NCBI GenBank assembly: GCA_965140785.1
Contig: OZ223518.1
Location: forward strand, 1 to 64,000
Source of the DNA: an uncultured Ruficoccus sp.
Lineage (GTDB): Bacteria; Verrucomicrobiota; Verrucomicrobiia; Opitutales; Cerasicoccaceae
Length of the DNA stretch: 64,000 nt
Direction: 5' to 3'
Shown: positions 19,736 to 28,320 of the stretch, piece after piece
How the letters are laid out: each line of letters starts with the position of its first letter
Position numbering within the stretch: position 1 is the stretch's first letter
The notes under the pieces: generated by a model
Databases searched by the model: none
Seen by the model: the letters and a program-made list of their open reading frames with translations, nothing else
What the model was told of the DNA's origin: nothing
Made by a program: the position numbers and the translations under genes

Positions 19736-20669
19736 TCCGGTGGCCCTGCCGCCGGAGCCGCAGCGCATCGTCAGCCTGGCTCCGAGCACGACAGAACTGG
19801 TTTTCGCTCTCGGGGCGGGGGACCGGCTGATCGCGGATACGGCTTATTGCCAGTTCCCGGAGGAGGCCCGCGATCTGCCCCACATCCAGGGCTTTGATTC
19901 GCCCAATGCCGAACGCCTGCTTGAGTTGGAGCCGGACCTGGTTCTCGCCTCGAATATCACCAGCCCAGCCACGGCCAACCGCCTGCGCGAATTGGGCCTG
20001 CCCGTCTTTGTCCTGCCCTCCCAGGGGCTCGACGGTCTGGTCACCGACATCGAGCTGCTGGGTAATGTGCTTGGGCGCAACGAGGCGGCGGCGGACCTGC
20101 TGGCGAAGTTTACCCAGATCCGGACTGAGCTGGGTATGCGCTTCGCAGGCCTGAATGACGAGGAGCGCCCCCGGGTCTTCCTCGCCTACGGCGAGCGCGA
20201 GACCTACACCGCCGGACCGGGAACTTTTCCGGATCAGTTGATCCGCGAGGCCGGGGGGCGCAACATTGCCTATGACGTGAAGGGCGACTGGGTGGAGCTT
20301 TCGCAGGAGACTGTACTGGAACGCGACCCGCAGGTGATTCTCCTGCCGGGTGAGACCGAAGAGCGGATCGAGCCCGCCGGTGTGGACCTCTTGGCTGCCT
20401 ACCGCCAAGACCCGCTCTGGGGCGAACTGAGCGCCGTGCGCGAGGGGCGTGTCTATGTGATCGACAACACCCTTTTTAACATTCCCGGCCCGCGCCTGAC
20501 CCTGGCCCTGGAGGCGCTCGCCGATACCCTGCACCCGCCGGAAGCCGCACCGGCAGCAGACGAAACGCCGGCAGCCGCCATTCCGGCCCCGGTGGAGACC
20601 GCGGCCCCACTGCCTCAAGAGGATGAGTCTTCCGAGACGAACGTCCTTCCGGTGGGCAGTGCCCAATGA
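19677..20669 (+). CDS. BtuF-like cobalamin/metal-chelate ABC substrate-binding protein, apparently lacking its N-terminal signal peptide
   Basis: TDGRG..PQRIVSLAPSTTELVFALG, LEPDLVL, AVREGRVY, PGPRL; frame closed upstream by TGA at 19659-19661. Confidence 0.85.
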   Translation: MEYAQQPTSGEATLTDGRGDPVALPPEPQRIVSLAPSTTELVFALGAGDRLIADTAYCQFPEEARDLPHIQGFDSPNAERLLELEPDLVLASNITSPATANRLRELGLPVFVLPSQGLDGLVTDIELLGNVLGRNEAAADLLAKFTQIRTELGMRFAGLNDEERPRVFLAYGERETYTAGPGTFPDQLIREAGGRNIAYDVKGDWVELSQETVLERDPQVILLPGETEERIEPAGVDLLAAYRQDPLWGELSAVREGRVYVIDNTLFNIPGPRLTLALEALADTLHPPEAAPAADETPAAAIPAPVETAAPLPQEDESSETNVLPVGSAQ

Positions 20670-20729
20670 TTTTTCGTGACGCCGTGATTATGGCCTGACA
20701 GCGGGGAAATAAGTCTTACTTTTTTTGGA

Positions 20730-21212
20730 ATGAGTCTGGATAGCTTCCTGCAAAACCTTCGCTCGCTGGGTGAGTTAATTACGGGCGTGCCGGTGGGGTC
20801 CGGCGCTTTTTATCTGCTACTGGGCGTGACGCTTTTTGCCCTGCTGGTGGCGGGTAAGCTCATCACCTCGGCTCTCGGAGGCGGCGGGCGTGGGTTTGTC
20901 CCTATCTTTCTCGCGCAGGTCCTGATTGTGGCCCTCGGATTGCTCGGGGCCGCGCTGGTACTGACCGTGCTCGCCCCGCATACCAGCAGCGTGCTGTTGT
21001 TGCGCGGGGCCACCATAACCGGAGCCGGGGCGGGGGCTTTTACCGGCGTCGTGCTTTTCAGCCGCTTCCTCATGGGGGTGCCCCGGGGAGTGGGGCTGGC
21101 CGTGACGATTCTGACCCTGGCCATCGGCTACGGAGCGCTTTGGGGGGCTCAGCAGTTGCTCGGATCGGGCGAGCAGGTGCTGGAGGAGTATCAGAAGCAG
21201 GTGACTGAATAA
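20730..21212 (+). CDS. Hypothetical membrane protein (about 4 TM)
   Basis: Hydrophobic segments, clean ORF. Confidence 0.65.
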   Translation: MSLDSFLQNLRSLGELITGVPVGSGAFYLLLGVTLFALLVAGKLITSALGGGGRGFVPIFLAQVLIVALGLLGAALVLTVLAPHTSSVLLLRGATITGAGAGAFTGVVLFSRFLMGVPRGVGLAVTILTLAIGYGALWGAQQLLGSGEQVLEEYQKQVTE

Positions 21213-21348
21213 GCCATTGTCTCCGAGAGACTTTCGCGACTGGTTTTAGCTGGATTTTATCATCTTTGATAGAATTTGGCGGTTTTTTTTCAAAACCTCT
21301 CACGGCCAAGATTGACTTTTCTCCGCTGGATTCCTTTATTTAACCAGC

Positions 21349-22125
21349 GTGACCACCCCCCAACGAACCGTACCCGCTCCCAAAAAAGTCCAGCTCATGG
21401 CTACTTGCCTGTGCGACGCGTTTTTTGACGACGTCGCCAAGGCTACCGTTCAGGTGCTGGAGTACCTCGGGGTCGAGGTGAGCTTTCCGCCCGACCAGAC
21501 CTGCTGCGGCCAGCCCGCCTTCAACGCCGGAGACTGGAAGGCCTCGCGCAAGGTCGTGCGCCACGTCATGGACACCTTCAAGGGGGACGAGCCGGTCATC
21601 GTGCCGTCCGGCTCCTGCGCGGCCATGCTCTTCCACGGCGCGTTGCTGGAGTTCGAGAAAGAGCCCGACCTGCCCGAGGTCGAGCAACTGGCCGGTCGCA
21701 CCTGGGAACTGCTCGACTACATCGTCAATGGCCTCGGGGTGAAGGAGTGGCCCGGCTCCTTCCCGCATAAAATTTCCTTCCATCGCTCCTGCCATCTGCG
21801 CGGGACCTGCAGCGGCCCGGCTTCCATGCAGCTCATGCAGTCCATCGACGGGCTGGAGCTGGCCGCCTTCGGCGAGGCCGAGCAGTGCTGCGGCTTCGGC
21901 GGGGCCTTCTCGGTCAGCCACCCGAATGTTTCCGGAAAAATGGGCGAGCTCAAGATCGAGCACATCCTGGCCGCCAATCCCGAGTATCTGGTGGCCGCCG
22001 ACATGGGCTGCCTCATCCACCTCGGGGGCATCGTGGACAAGTCCGGGCGCACCCTGCCGCGCTTCCACGTGGCCCAGGTCCTGCGCGACGCGCTCATCTC
22101 CGCCAACCTTTTACCCGCCGCCTGA
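21349..22125 (+). CDS. lutA: L-lactate utilisation protein A (CCG-domain Fe-S protein)
   Basis: ATCLCD, QTCCGQPAFNAG, PSGSC, HRSCH, CCGFGG.FS, DMGCL. Confidence 0.9.
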   Translation: MTTPQRTVPAPKKVQLMATCLCDAFFDDVAKATVQVLEYLGVEVSFPPDQTCCGQPAFNAGDWKASRKVVRHVMDTFKGDEPVIVPSGSCAAMLFHGALLEFEKEPDLPEVEQLAGRTWELLDYIVNGLGVKEWPGSFPHKISFHRSCHLRGTCSGPASMQLMQSIDGLELAAFGEAEQCCGFGGAFSVSHPNVSGKMGELKIEHILAANPEYLVAADMGCLIHLGGIVDKSGRTLPRFHVAQVLRDALISANLLPAA

Positions 22126-22127
22126 TC

Positions 22128-23534
22128 ATGCCGACCAAGACCCAGCAGGACATCGACCGCTTCGCCCGCGACCTCGACCCGGGCGTTTACCAATCGGTTT
22201 ACAGCGGCACCAAGGCCACCACCGAGAAGCGCCACGACGTGCTTTTCAAGGACTTTCCGGACCCGGACCTGCTTCGCCGCACCGCCGGCCAGATCAAGCA
22301 GCACACGCTGGAAAACCTCGACACCTACCTGCCGCAGGCCGAGGCCGCGCTCAAGGCCAACGGCGCCCAGGTGCACTTCGCCGCCGACGGCGACGCGGCC
22401 AACCGCATCATCCTCGACATCATGAAGGCCAACGGCGCCAAGCGCATGGTCAAGTCCAAGAGCATGGTCAGCGAGGAGACCGGACTGGCTCACTTTCTCG
22501 AAGAAGCGGGCATGCACTGCCTGGAGACCGACTTGGGCGAGTTCATCATCCAGATCGACCACGACCACCCCTCCCACATCGTCAAGCCCGTGGCGCACAA
22601 AAACCGCCGCGACATCGCCAAGAGCTTCGAACGCGAGGGGCTCGGCGACTACAACGACGACCCGGCCACCATCACCCGCCGTGCCCGCGAGCACCTGCGC
22701 GGGAAGTACTTCGAGGCCGATGTCGGCCTGACCGGGGCGAACTTCGTCTCGGCCGAGAGCGGGCGGCTCAGCATTGTCACCAACGAGGGTAACGCGCGCT
22801 TCTGCATGGCCGCCACCCCGATTCACATTGCCATCGTCGGGATCGAGAAACTCATCCCGTACGACCGCGACCTGGCGCTTTTTACCTCGCTGATCGGGCG
22901 TTCCGGCACCGGCCAGCATCTGACCGTTTACACACAGTTCATCAACGGCCCCCGCCGCGAGAACCAGCCCGACGGCCCCGAGCAGATGCACGTGGTTTTC
23001 GTCGATAACAAGCGGACCGAGGTTCTCGCCTCCAACTGCCGGGAAATCCTGCGCTGCATTCGTTGCGGCGCCTGCCTGAACGTCTGCCCGGTCTACCGGC
23101 AGGCCAGCGGTCACGCCTACCGCAGCGTTTATCCCGGCCCGGTCGGGGCGGTCCTGAGCCCGCTGCTGGCGGGCAGCCGCTTCCCGGAGCTGGCCGACCT
23201 GCCCAAGGCTTCCAGCCTCTGCGGCGCGTGCAACGAGGTCTGCCCGGTCAACATCCCCATCCCGGATCTGCTCCTACGCCTGCGCGACAAGGCCAAGACC
23301 GAACACGCCGACAAGGCCATGAAGGGCACCCCGCCGATGGGCATGTACGGCCTGCTGGCCAGTCAGCCCCACGCCTGGCGCGCCGCCATGACCATGGGCG
23401 CCGCCATGAACCTTACGCCGACCGCCATTATGAACATGATCCCCCCGGCCGCGGCCTGGAACTCCTGCCGCCAGCTCCCCAAGTGGCGCGGCGGCAAGTT
23501 CCGCCACTGGATGAAGGACCGCTCGAAAAACTAG
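22128..23534 (+). CDS. lutB: L-lactate utilisation protein B (LUD plus 4Fe-4S domains)
   Basis: KSKSMVSEE, ETDLGEFIIQ, TNEGN, CIRCGACLNVCPVY, LCGACNEVCPV. Confidence 0.92.
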   Translation: MPTKTQQDIDRFARDLDPGVYQSVYSGTKATTEKRHDVLFKDFPDPDLLRRTAGQIKQHTLENLDTYLPQAEAALKANGAQVHFAADGDAANRIILDIMKANGAKRMVKSKSMVSEETGLAHFLEEAGMHCLETDLGEFIIQIDHDHPSHIVKPVAHKNRRDIAKSFEREGLGDYNDDPATITRRAREHLRGKYFEADVGLTGANFVSAESGRLSIVTNEGNARFCMAATPIHIAIVGIEKLIPYDRDLALFTSLIGRSGTGQHLTVYTQFINGPRRENQPDGPEQMHVVFVDNKRTEVLASNCREILRCIRCGACLNVCPVYRQASGHAYRSVYPGPVGAVLSPLLAGSRFPELADLPKASSLCGACNEVCPVNIPIPDLLLRLRDKAKTEHADKAMKGTPPMGMYGLLASQPHAWRAAMTMGAAMNLTPTAIMNMIPPAAAWNSCRQLPKWRGGKFRHWMKDRSKN

Positions 23535-23572
23535 CGTGGCGACCGCGAGCCTTTTTTTGCGACATCGCGCAT

Positions 23573-23607
23573 CACTAATGACTAATCACCATTGACCAAT
23601 GACTAAC
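23573..23607 (+). repeat. Five heptamer repeats containing the lutC start codon
   Basis: cactaat gactaat caccatt gaccaat gactaac; ATG at 23599. Confidence 0.7.
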
Positions 23608-24219
23608 GACGACCGCGAACTGGTCATGAGCCGCATCCGCGAGGCGCTCGCCCCGCTGCCCGAACGGGCGGAGTACCCCGAGTACGACCCGCAGCTTCCC
23701 GTGTGCAGGGCGCACCCGGATTTTCCCGATGACTGGGAGCTTTTTTCGCACAAAATGAAGCAGGTCAACGGCACCCCGATCAAGGGACTGGACGCGCTCG
23801 GCGCCTGGCTCAGAGAGCAGGGCTGCACCCTCGGCTACTGCGATCCGGTGATGGCCGACGAGTTGCGCGCCCATCCGACTTTCGCTGGCCTGACGCTGGA
23901 GACGACTTTCGAGCGCGAGCGGGTGGACGACTACAGCTTCGGCATCACGCGGGCTTCCGGCGCGATCGCCGAGACCGGCTCGCTCATGCTCAAGGACGCC
24001 GACACCTCTTCCCGTCTCGGCGCGCTCGCGCCGTGGATTCACGTCGCCTTGTTAAAGCCCGAAGGCTTGTATCCGGATACGGTGACGGCGATCCAGCACT
24101 TCGGTGACGACCCCTCGATCATCTGGGCCACCGGCCCCTCCAAGACCGCCGATGTCGAAGGCATCCTCATCGAGGGCGTCCACGGCCCCGGCATGCAGGT
24201 CTGCTGCCTCGTCGAGTAG
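23599..24219 (+). CDS. lutC: L-lactate utilisation protein C (LUD domain)
   Basis: AIAETGS, TGPSKTADVE..LIEGVHGP. Confidence 0.9.
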   Translation: MTNDDRELVMSRIREALAPLPERAEYPEYDPQLPVCRAHPDFPDDWELFSHKMKQVNGTPIKGLDALGAWLREQGCTLGYCDPVMADELRAHPTFAGLTLETTFERERVDDYSFGITRASGAIAETGSLMLKDADTSSRLGALAPWIHVALLKPEGLYPDTVTAIQHFGDDPSIIWATGPSKTADVEGILIEGVHGPGMQVCCLVE

Positions 24220-24230
24220 GAGAAGCGCTG

Positions 24231-24329
24231 ACCGCCAAGACGCCAAGACGCAAGGGGCGGAGACGATAAAACTTCATCGCCTCAAAAAACTTCGTGCCCT
24301 TCGTGTCTTCTTTGTGTGCCTCGTGACCC
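24231..24329. repeat. CGCCAAG/CACGAAG-type tandem-unit repeat between convergent genes
   Basis: cgccaaga cgccaaga cgcaagg; 24290-24329 is 37/40 identical to 4486-4525. Confidence 0.75.
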
Positions 24330-24338
24330 TGCTTTTCT

Positions 24339-25562
24339 CTAGAAGTACAGGCCGCAGTTGATGTTGAAGCGCAGGCGCCAACTGTCGTTGGTCCCGGTGC
24401 CGAGGGCGTTGGAGTAGTTCGGCCCGACAAAGGGGTCGTTTTGCGCCAGGGCGATATCGACGTAGATCTTGACCGGGTCCATGTCGAGGAACGCCCCGGT
24501 GACGTTCTGCTGGGAGTTGTGGAAGCTGTCCTCGCTTTTGATGATGGCGCTGTAGTCGTTGTAGAGTGTGACCGAGCGGATAAACTCGCTGTCGATCGGG
24601 ATCAGGTACGAGAGGCTGGCCACGAAGATATCCGCCTCGGTGGCGACGTAGTAGGGCGCGTCATAGGCGCCCATGACCACGAGGTTGCCGGGCTGGCCGG
24701 GTGGGTTTTCCAGGTCGTAATCGTAGTGGCTGTATTCGAGCTTGAGGTTGAAGCGCTCGTACTGGATCTCCGTGTGCACGCCCACGGCCCACATGCCCCC
24801 GTCCCGGCCCGTGGACTGGTTGGGGATCATCTTGTACATGAGCGAGAGGCCGGGCTGGAGCGTGAGCTGGTCGTTGACGGTGACGGTGCGCTGCGCCCAG
24901 AGGTTGAACTGGTTGCGTTCCTGGTTGGACGAGTTGGCGGAGCGCACCACGTCGTAGGAATAGCGCGCACTGTCCATGCTTTGACCGAAGCCGTTCCACT
25001 CCTCGCGCAGGAAGTAAGCGGCCTTAAAAGTCCACGGTCCGCGTGTGAGACTGTACACCGCGCCGAAGTCGTAGTCGTCCTCCAGCCCGACGTAATAAGC
25101 CAGGGAAAAGAAATAGTTATTCGAGGCGAAGGGCAGCACGCCGAAGGGAACTTTGGCGATGCCTGCCTTGATGTCCTGCCGTTCGTCATCCCAACGGTAG
25201 CCGAGCCAGCCGTCGTGAAAGAACGCGCTCTGGTCCCCGCTGCTGTTGTAGTAGCGGAACTGCGTGTGCCCGTACCAGGACTCGTAATCGAGAGCGAGCG
25301 AAAGCCAGGCGGTGTCGAAGCGGAGGTTCTCGGCGGCGCTGGTGTTCTCGTCGTAGTTGGTCGCGATGACATTACCGCGCAGGGTCGCGCCGAAGGTGAG
25401 CGGGCCGACGCTCAGGTCGGGGACAAGCTGCTCCTGCACCGGTTCGGTCTCGACTTTTTTCTCCGAGCGCTTGCGCACGCCGCTGCTGGCCAGCAGGGCG
25501 GGGCAGAGGGCCAGGAAAAGCCCTCCGAGAATCAAGCGGAGTGTAGTGGGTTTTAGATACAA
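24339..25562 (-). CDS. Putative outer-membrane beta-barrel porin
   Basis: Signal peptide, aromatic-rich alternating strands, C-terminal RFNINCGLYF. Confidence 0.75.
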   Translation of the reverse strand: MYLKPTTLRLILGGLFLALCPALLASSGVRKRSEKKVETEPVQEQLVPDLSVGPLTFGATLRGNVIATNYDENTSAAENLRFDTAWLSLALDYESWYGHTQFRYYNSSGDQSAFFHDGWLGYRWDDERQDIKAGIAKVPFGVLPFASNNYFFSLAYYVGLEDDYDFGAVYSLTRGPWTFKAAYFLREEWNGFGQSMDSARYSYDVVRSANSSNQERNQFNLWAQRTVTVNDQLTLQPGLSLMYKMIPNQSTGRDGGMWAVGVHTEIQYERFNLKLEYSHYDYDLENPPGQPGNLVVMGAYDAPYYVATEADIFVASLSYLIPIDSEFIRSVTLYNDYSAIIKSEDSFHNSQQNVTGAFLDMDPVKIYVDIALAQNDPFVGPNYSNALGTGTNDSWRLRFNINCGLYF

Positions 25563-25581
25563 GATGAAGGGAGCTTTCTCT

Positions 25582-26913
25582 TTAGTCCTCGTTAGGGCGG
25601 GCGTTCGGGTCCACGAGGATGATGTCCTGCTGGGACTTGCAGTAGGTCTCGCGGATGCAAAACAGGCTGATGAACATGGCCAGCAGGCACAGCGCGGGGA
25701 TGTAGGTCAGGGCCAGGTCGAAGTTGTTGGAGGCGAAGTTGTCGCTGTTTTTATTGGCCAGCGTGAGCGTGACCAGAAAGCCGAAGATAACCGGGTTGGC
25801 CGTGTCGAAGAGGAGCATGAGTCCGTTGTTCAGGCCCATGGAGGTCGCACTGAGCCGGTCGGTCACCTTTTCCACGATGGTGGCGAAGCCGACATTCTGC
25901 GCCCCGCCGGCGAAGCCGATGAAGAAGAAGATGACCGCGAAGGTGAAGAAGCTCCCGCTGTCGATCACGCGCAGCAACAGCGTGGCGGTCAGCGCCAGCA
26001 CTGCGAGGAAGGTGAGCGTGCTCTTGCGCCGCCGCATGCGGTCGGAGATCAGGCCCGCTACCGGGCAGCCGATCGCGTAGCCCACCCAGAGCACCGAGAT
26101 CGCGTCGGCGGCGGTGTTCTGCGTCAGGCCCTTGGCGATGAGCACGCGCGTGCCCCAGATCGCGCCCAGCGTGGCGATCGAGGTGTACATAAGGGCCGAG
26201 TAGATGGCGACGAACCACGCCTGCTTGTTGCGGACCAGCATGCCCAACTGGAACGAGATCTTCATCGGGGGCGTCAACACGCGGAACTCGCCGGGCTGGT
26301 CCGACTTTTTCCCGCGCACGAAGATCAGGCTCAGCACCATGATGCCAAAGCCGCAAAAGCCCAGCGCTGTGATCATCGTGCGCCAGTCGATGCCTTCCTT
26401 TTTCAAAAAATAGATCAGGGGGCCGCCGGCCAGGATGGGGCCGAGGGTGCCGACGAGCTGCGACATCCCGGCGAAGAAGCCGAAGTACTTGCGCGGAAAC
26501 CATTCGCGCGCGATGACCAGCAGGCAGATGAAGGCGAAGGACGAGCCGAAACCCATCAGCAGTCGCCCGGCCAGCCCGAGGGCGAAGCTGTCGGCCATGG
26601 CGAATAGGATCGCCGAGACGCCGCACACCGCCGAGGCGAAGACCATGGTGAGCTTGACCCCGAACTTGTCCGTGATGATCCCGACCGGGATCTGCATCAG
26701 CCCGTAGGTGAGATAATAGCACGAGCCGATGAGCGAGAACGTCTCGGCGTTCAGGTGCAGGTCTTTGATGATCTGCGGCGACAGGCTCCCCAGAAATGTT
26801 CTGAGGAAAAACTCGTACAGAAAGAACAGGGCGGCGATGGCCCAGATGAAAATCCCGATCAGGCGTATCCGGTCGGCACCTCCGCCCGAGCCCTTGATGG
26901 CGACTCCACTCAT
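25582..26913 (-). CDS. MFS transporter
   Basis: About 12 TM; G..TDKFG.K and G.ISDRMRRRK motif A copies. Confidence 0.9.
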   Translation of the reverse strand: MSGVAIKGSGGGADRIRLIGIFIWAIAALFFLYEFFLRTFLGSLSPQIIKDLHLNAETFSLIGSCYYLTYGLMQIPVGIITDKFGVKLTMVFASAVCGVSAILFAMADSFALGLAGRLLMGFGSSFAFICLLVIAREWFPRKYFGFFAGMSQLVGTLGPILAGGPLIYFLKKEGIDWRTMITALGFCGFGIMVLSLIFVRGKKSDQPGEFRVLTPPMKISFQLGMLVRNKQAWFVAIYSALMYTSIATLGAIWGTRVLIAKGLTQNTAADAISVLWVGYAIGCPVAGLISDRMRRRKSTLTFLAVLALTATLLLRVIDSGSFFTFAVIFFFIGFAGGAQNVGFATIVEKVTDRLSATSMGLNNGLMLLFDTANPVIFGFLVTLTLANKNSDNFASNNFDLALTYIPALCLLAMFISLFCIRETYCKSQQDIILVDPNARPNED

Positions 26914-26935
26914 AACACTCTATATCGCGACGACC

Positions 26936-28000
26936 TTAGCTCGGGGGTTCCTCTTCCACCTCCCAGGCGTCCATCGCGGTGGCGGCCTGGTCGAGCTGAT
27001 TGAAGGTGGCGATGCGAAAGAGATGATCGCCCTCGTAAACCATGGGCATGTCGTTGATGCCGACGATAATGCCGTCGCTGGGCGCGGAGACCTTCACCTC
27101 CTGAAAGTTGCCCAGCGGTTCGGTGATCTTGGCCAGGGCCTGGCCCTTGGAGACGCGATCACCGAGACTCTGAAAGGGGTGGGCGATGCCGCTTTTGGTG
27201 GCGTACACCCATTCGCTCTCCTCGGAGATGACAGGCTCGTGAACCTTGAAGGGGCGGTCGTGGCTGTCGGCGGGCAGCATGCCGATGCGGCGCAACATGT
27301 GCGACACTCCCAGGGAGCCCTGCTTGATCGCGTACTTGTTAAAGCGCATGGCCTCGCCGGCCTCGTAGGTGAGCATGGGTTTGCCCATCTCCTGGGCGCA
27401 GCGTTGGAGCGTGTTTTCCGCCGGATCGACATCCACCACGACCGAGACCGGGAAGGCCTCGGCGAGCTGGCGGTTGGTCTGGTTGTTAAAGTCCGCGTAC
27501 AGGTGCGGCAGCGAGCGGTGGTTCATCTCGCCGCACTGAAACTGCACGCAGAGGTCGCTCTGGGAGACCAGGCTGCTCAGGAAAAGGTGGGCCGTGCGGG
27601 CGGCGTAGTGGCCGTTCTCGCTGCCCGGGAAGGCCGTCTCCAGCAATTGGTCGCCGGGCAGGTAGCGCGAGCGGTTGAGCATGCCGAAGACATTGAGAAC
27701 GGGCACGGCGATGATCGTGCCGTGCAGGCGCTTGAGCGCGGCCATCTCTATCACGCGCTTGATGATCTCCATGCCGTTGAACTCGTCCCCGCGCATGGTG
27801 GCGAAGAGCAGGCAGGTCGGCCCCTCGGTCTTGCCGTGGATGACCTTGACCGGCATGTAGAGCGGGGCGTAGTTGGTCAGCTCCGGCATGGGCAGTCCCA
27901 GCGAGGCGCGTTCGCCCGGATTGACCGACTCGTCGAAAATCTTGAAGGGGCGGCTCTTCTTGCCGGTAAGCTTGTCGGAAAAGGCTTCGATAATGTCCAT
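26936..28000 (-). CDS. Succinylglutamate desuccinylase/aspartoacylase-family protein, zinc ligands degenerate
   Basis: GDEFNG, GTIIAVPVLN.FG, FPG, YEAGE and C-terminal barrel-hybrid domain; HGDE>RGDE, DLH>QFQ. Confidence 0.85.
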   Translation of the reverse strand: MDIIEAFSDKLTGKKSRPFKIFDESVNPGERASLGLPMPELTNYAPLYMPVKVIHGKTEGPTCLLFATMRGDEFNGMEIIKRVIEMAALKRLHGTIIAVPVLNVFGMLNRSRYLPGDQLLETAFPGSENGHYAARTAHLFLSSLVSQSDLCVQFQCGEMNHRSLPHLYADFNNQTNRQLAEAFPVSVVVDVDPAENTLQRCAQEMGKPMLTYEAGEAMRFNKYAIKQGSLGVSHMLRRIGMLPADSHDRPFKVHEPVISEESEWVYATKSGIAHPFQSLGDRVSKGQALAKITEPLGNFQEVKVSAPSDGIIVGINDMPMVYEGDHLFRIATFNQLDQAATAMDAWEVEEEPPS

Positions 28001-28320
28001 GGGCAATCTCCTCGGAGGCCGCGTTGACGGCTGGAAATATGACTGCATGCCGGGAGCCTCACAACTCCCGGCCATTGGACGGAGGATCAACCGAGCCGTC
28101 CAACAGATGAGCGATCATGCAAACGGCGACACTCAGCAAGCGACCGTTAATGATCAGGGAGCCTTGAGTGAAGCGGCGTCCGGGCGCCTAGACAAGTGCT
28201 TTCTTAAATTACTTTAAGATTTAAAATGATATAGCAGGGGCAGGGAAGAACGACTGGAGGGTGTCATGCTCTTTCAATACACGTGTGGGAAGCCCGTCGG
28301 GAGCTGTCGCGAGGATCGGC

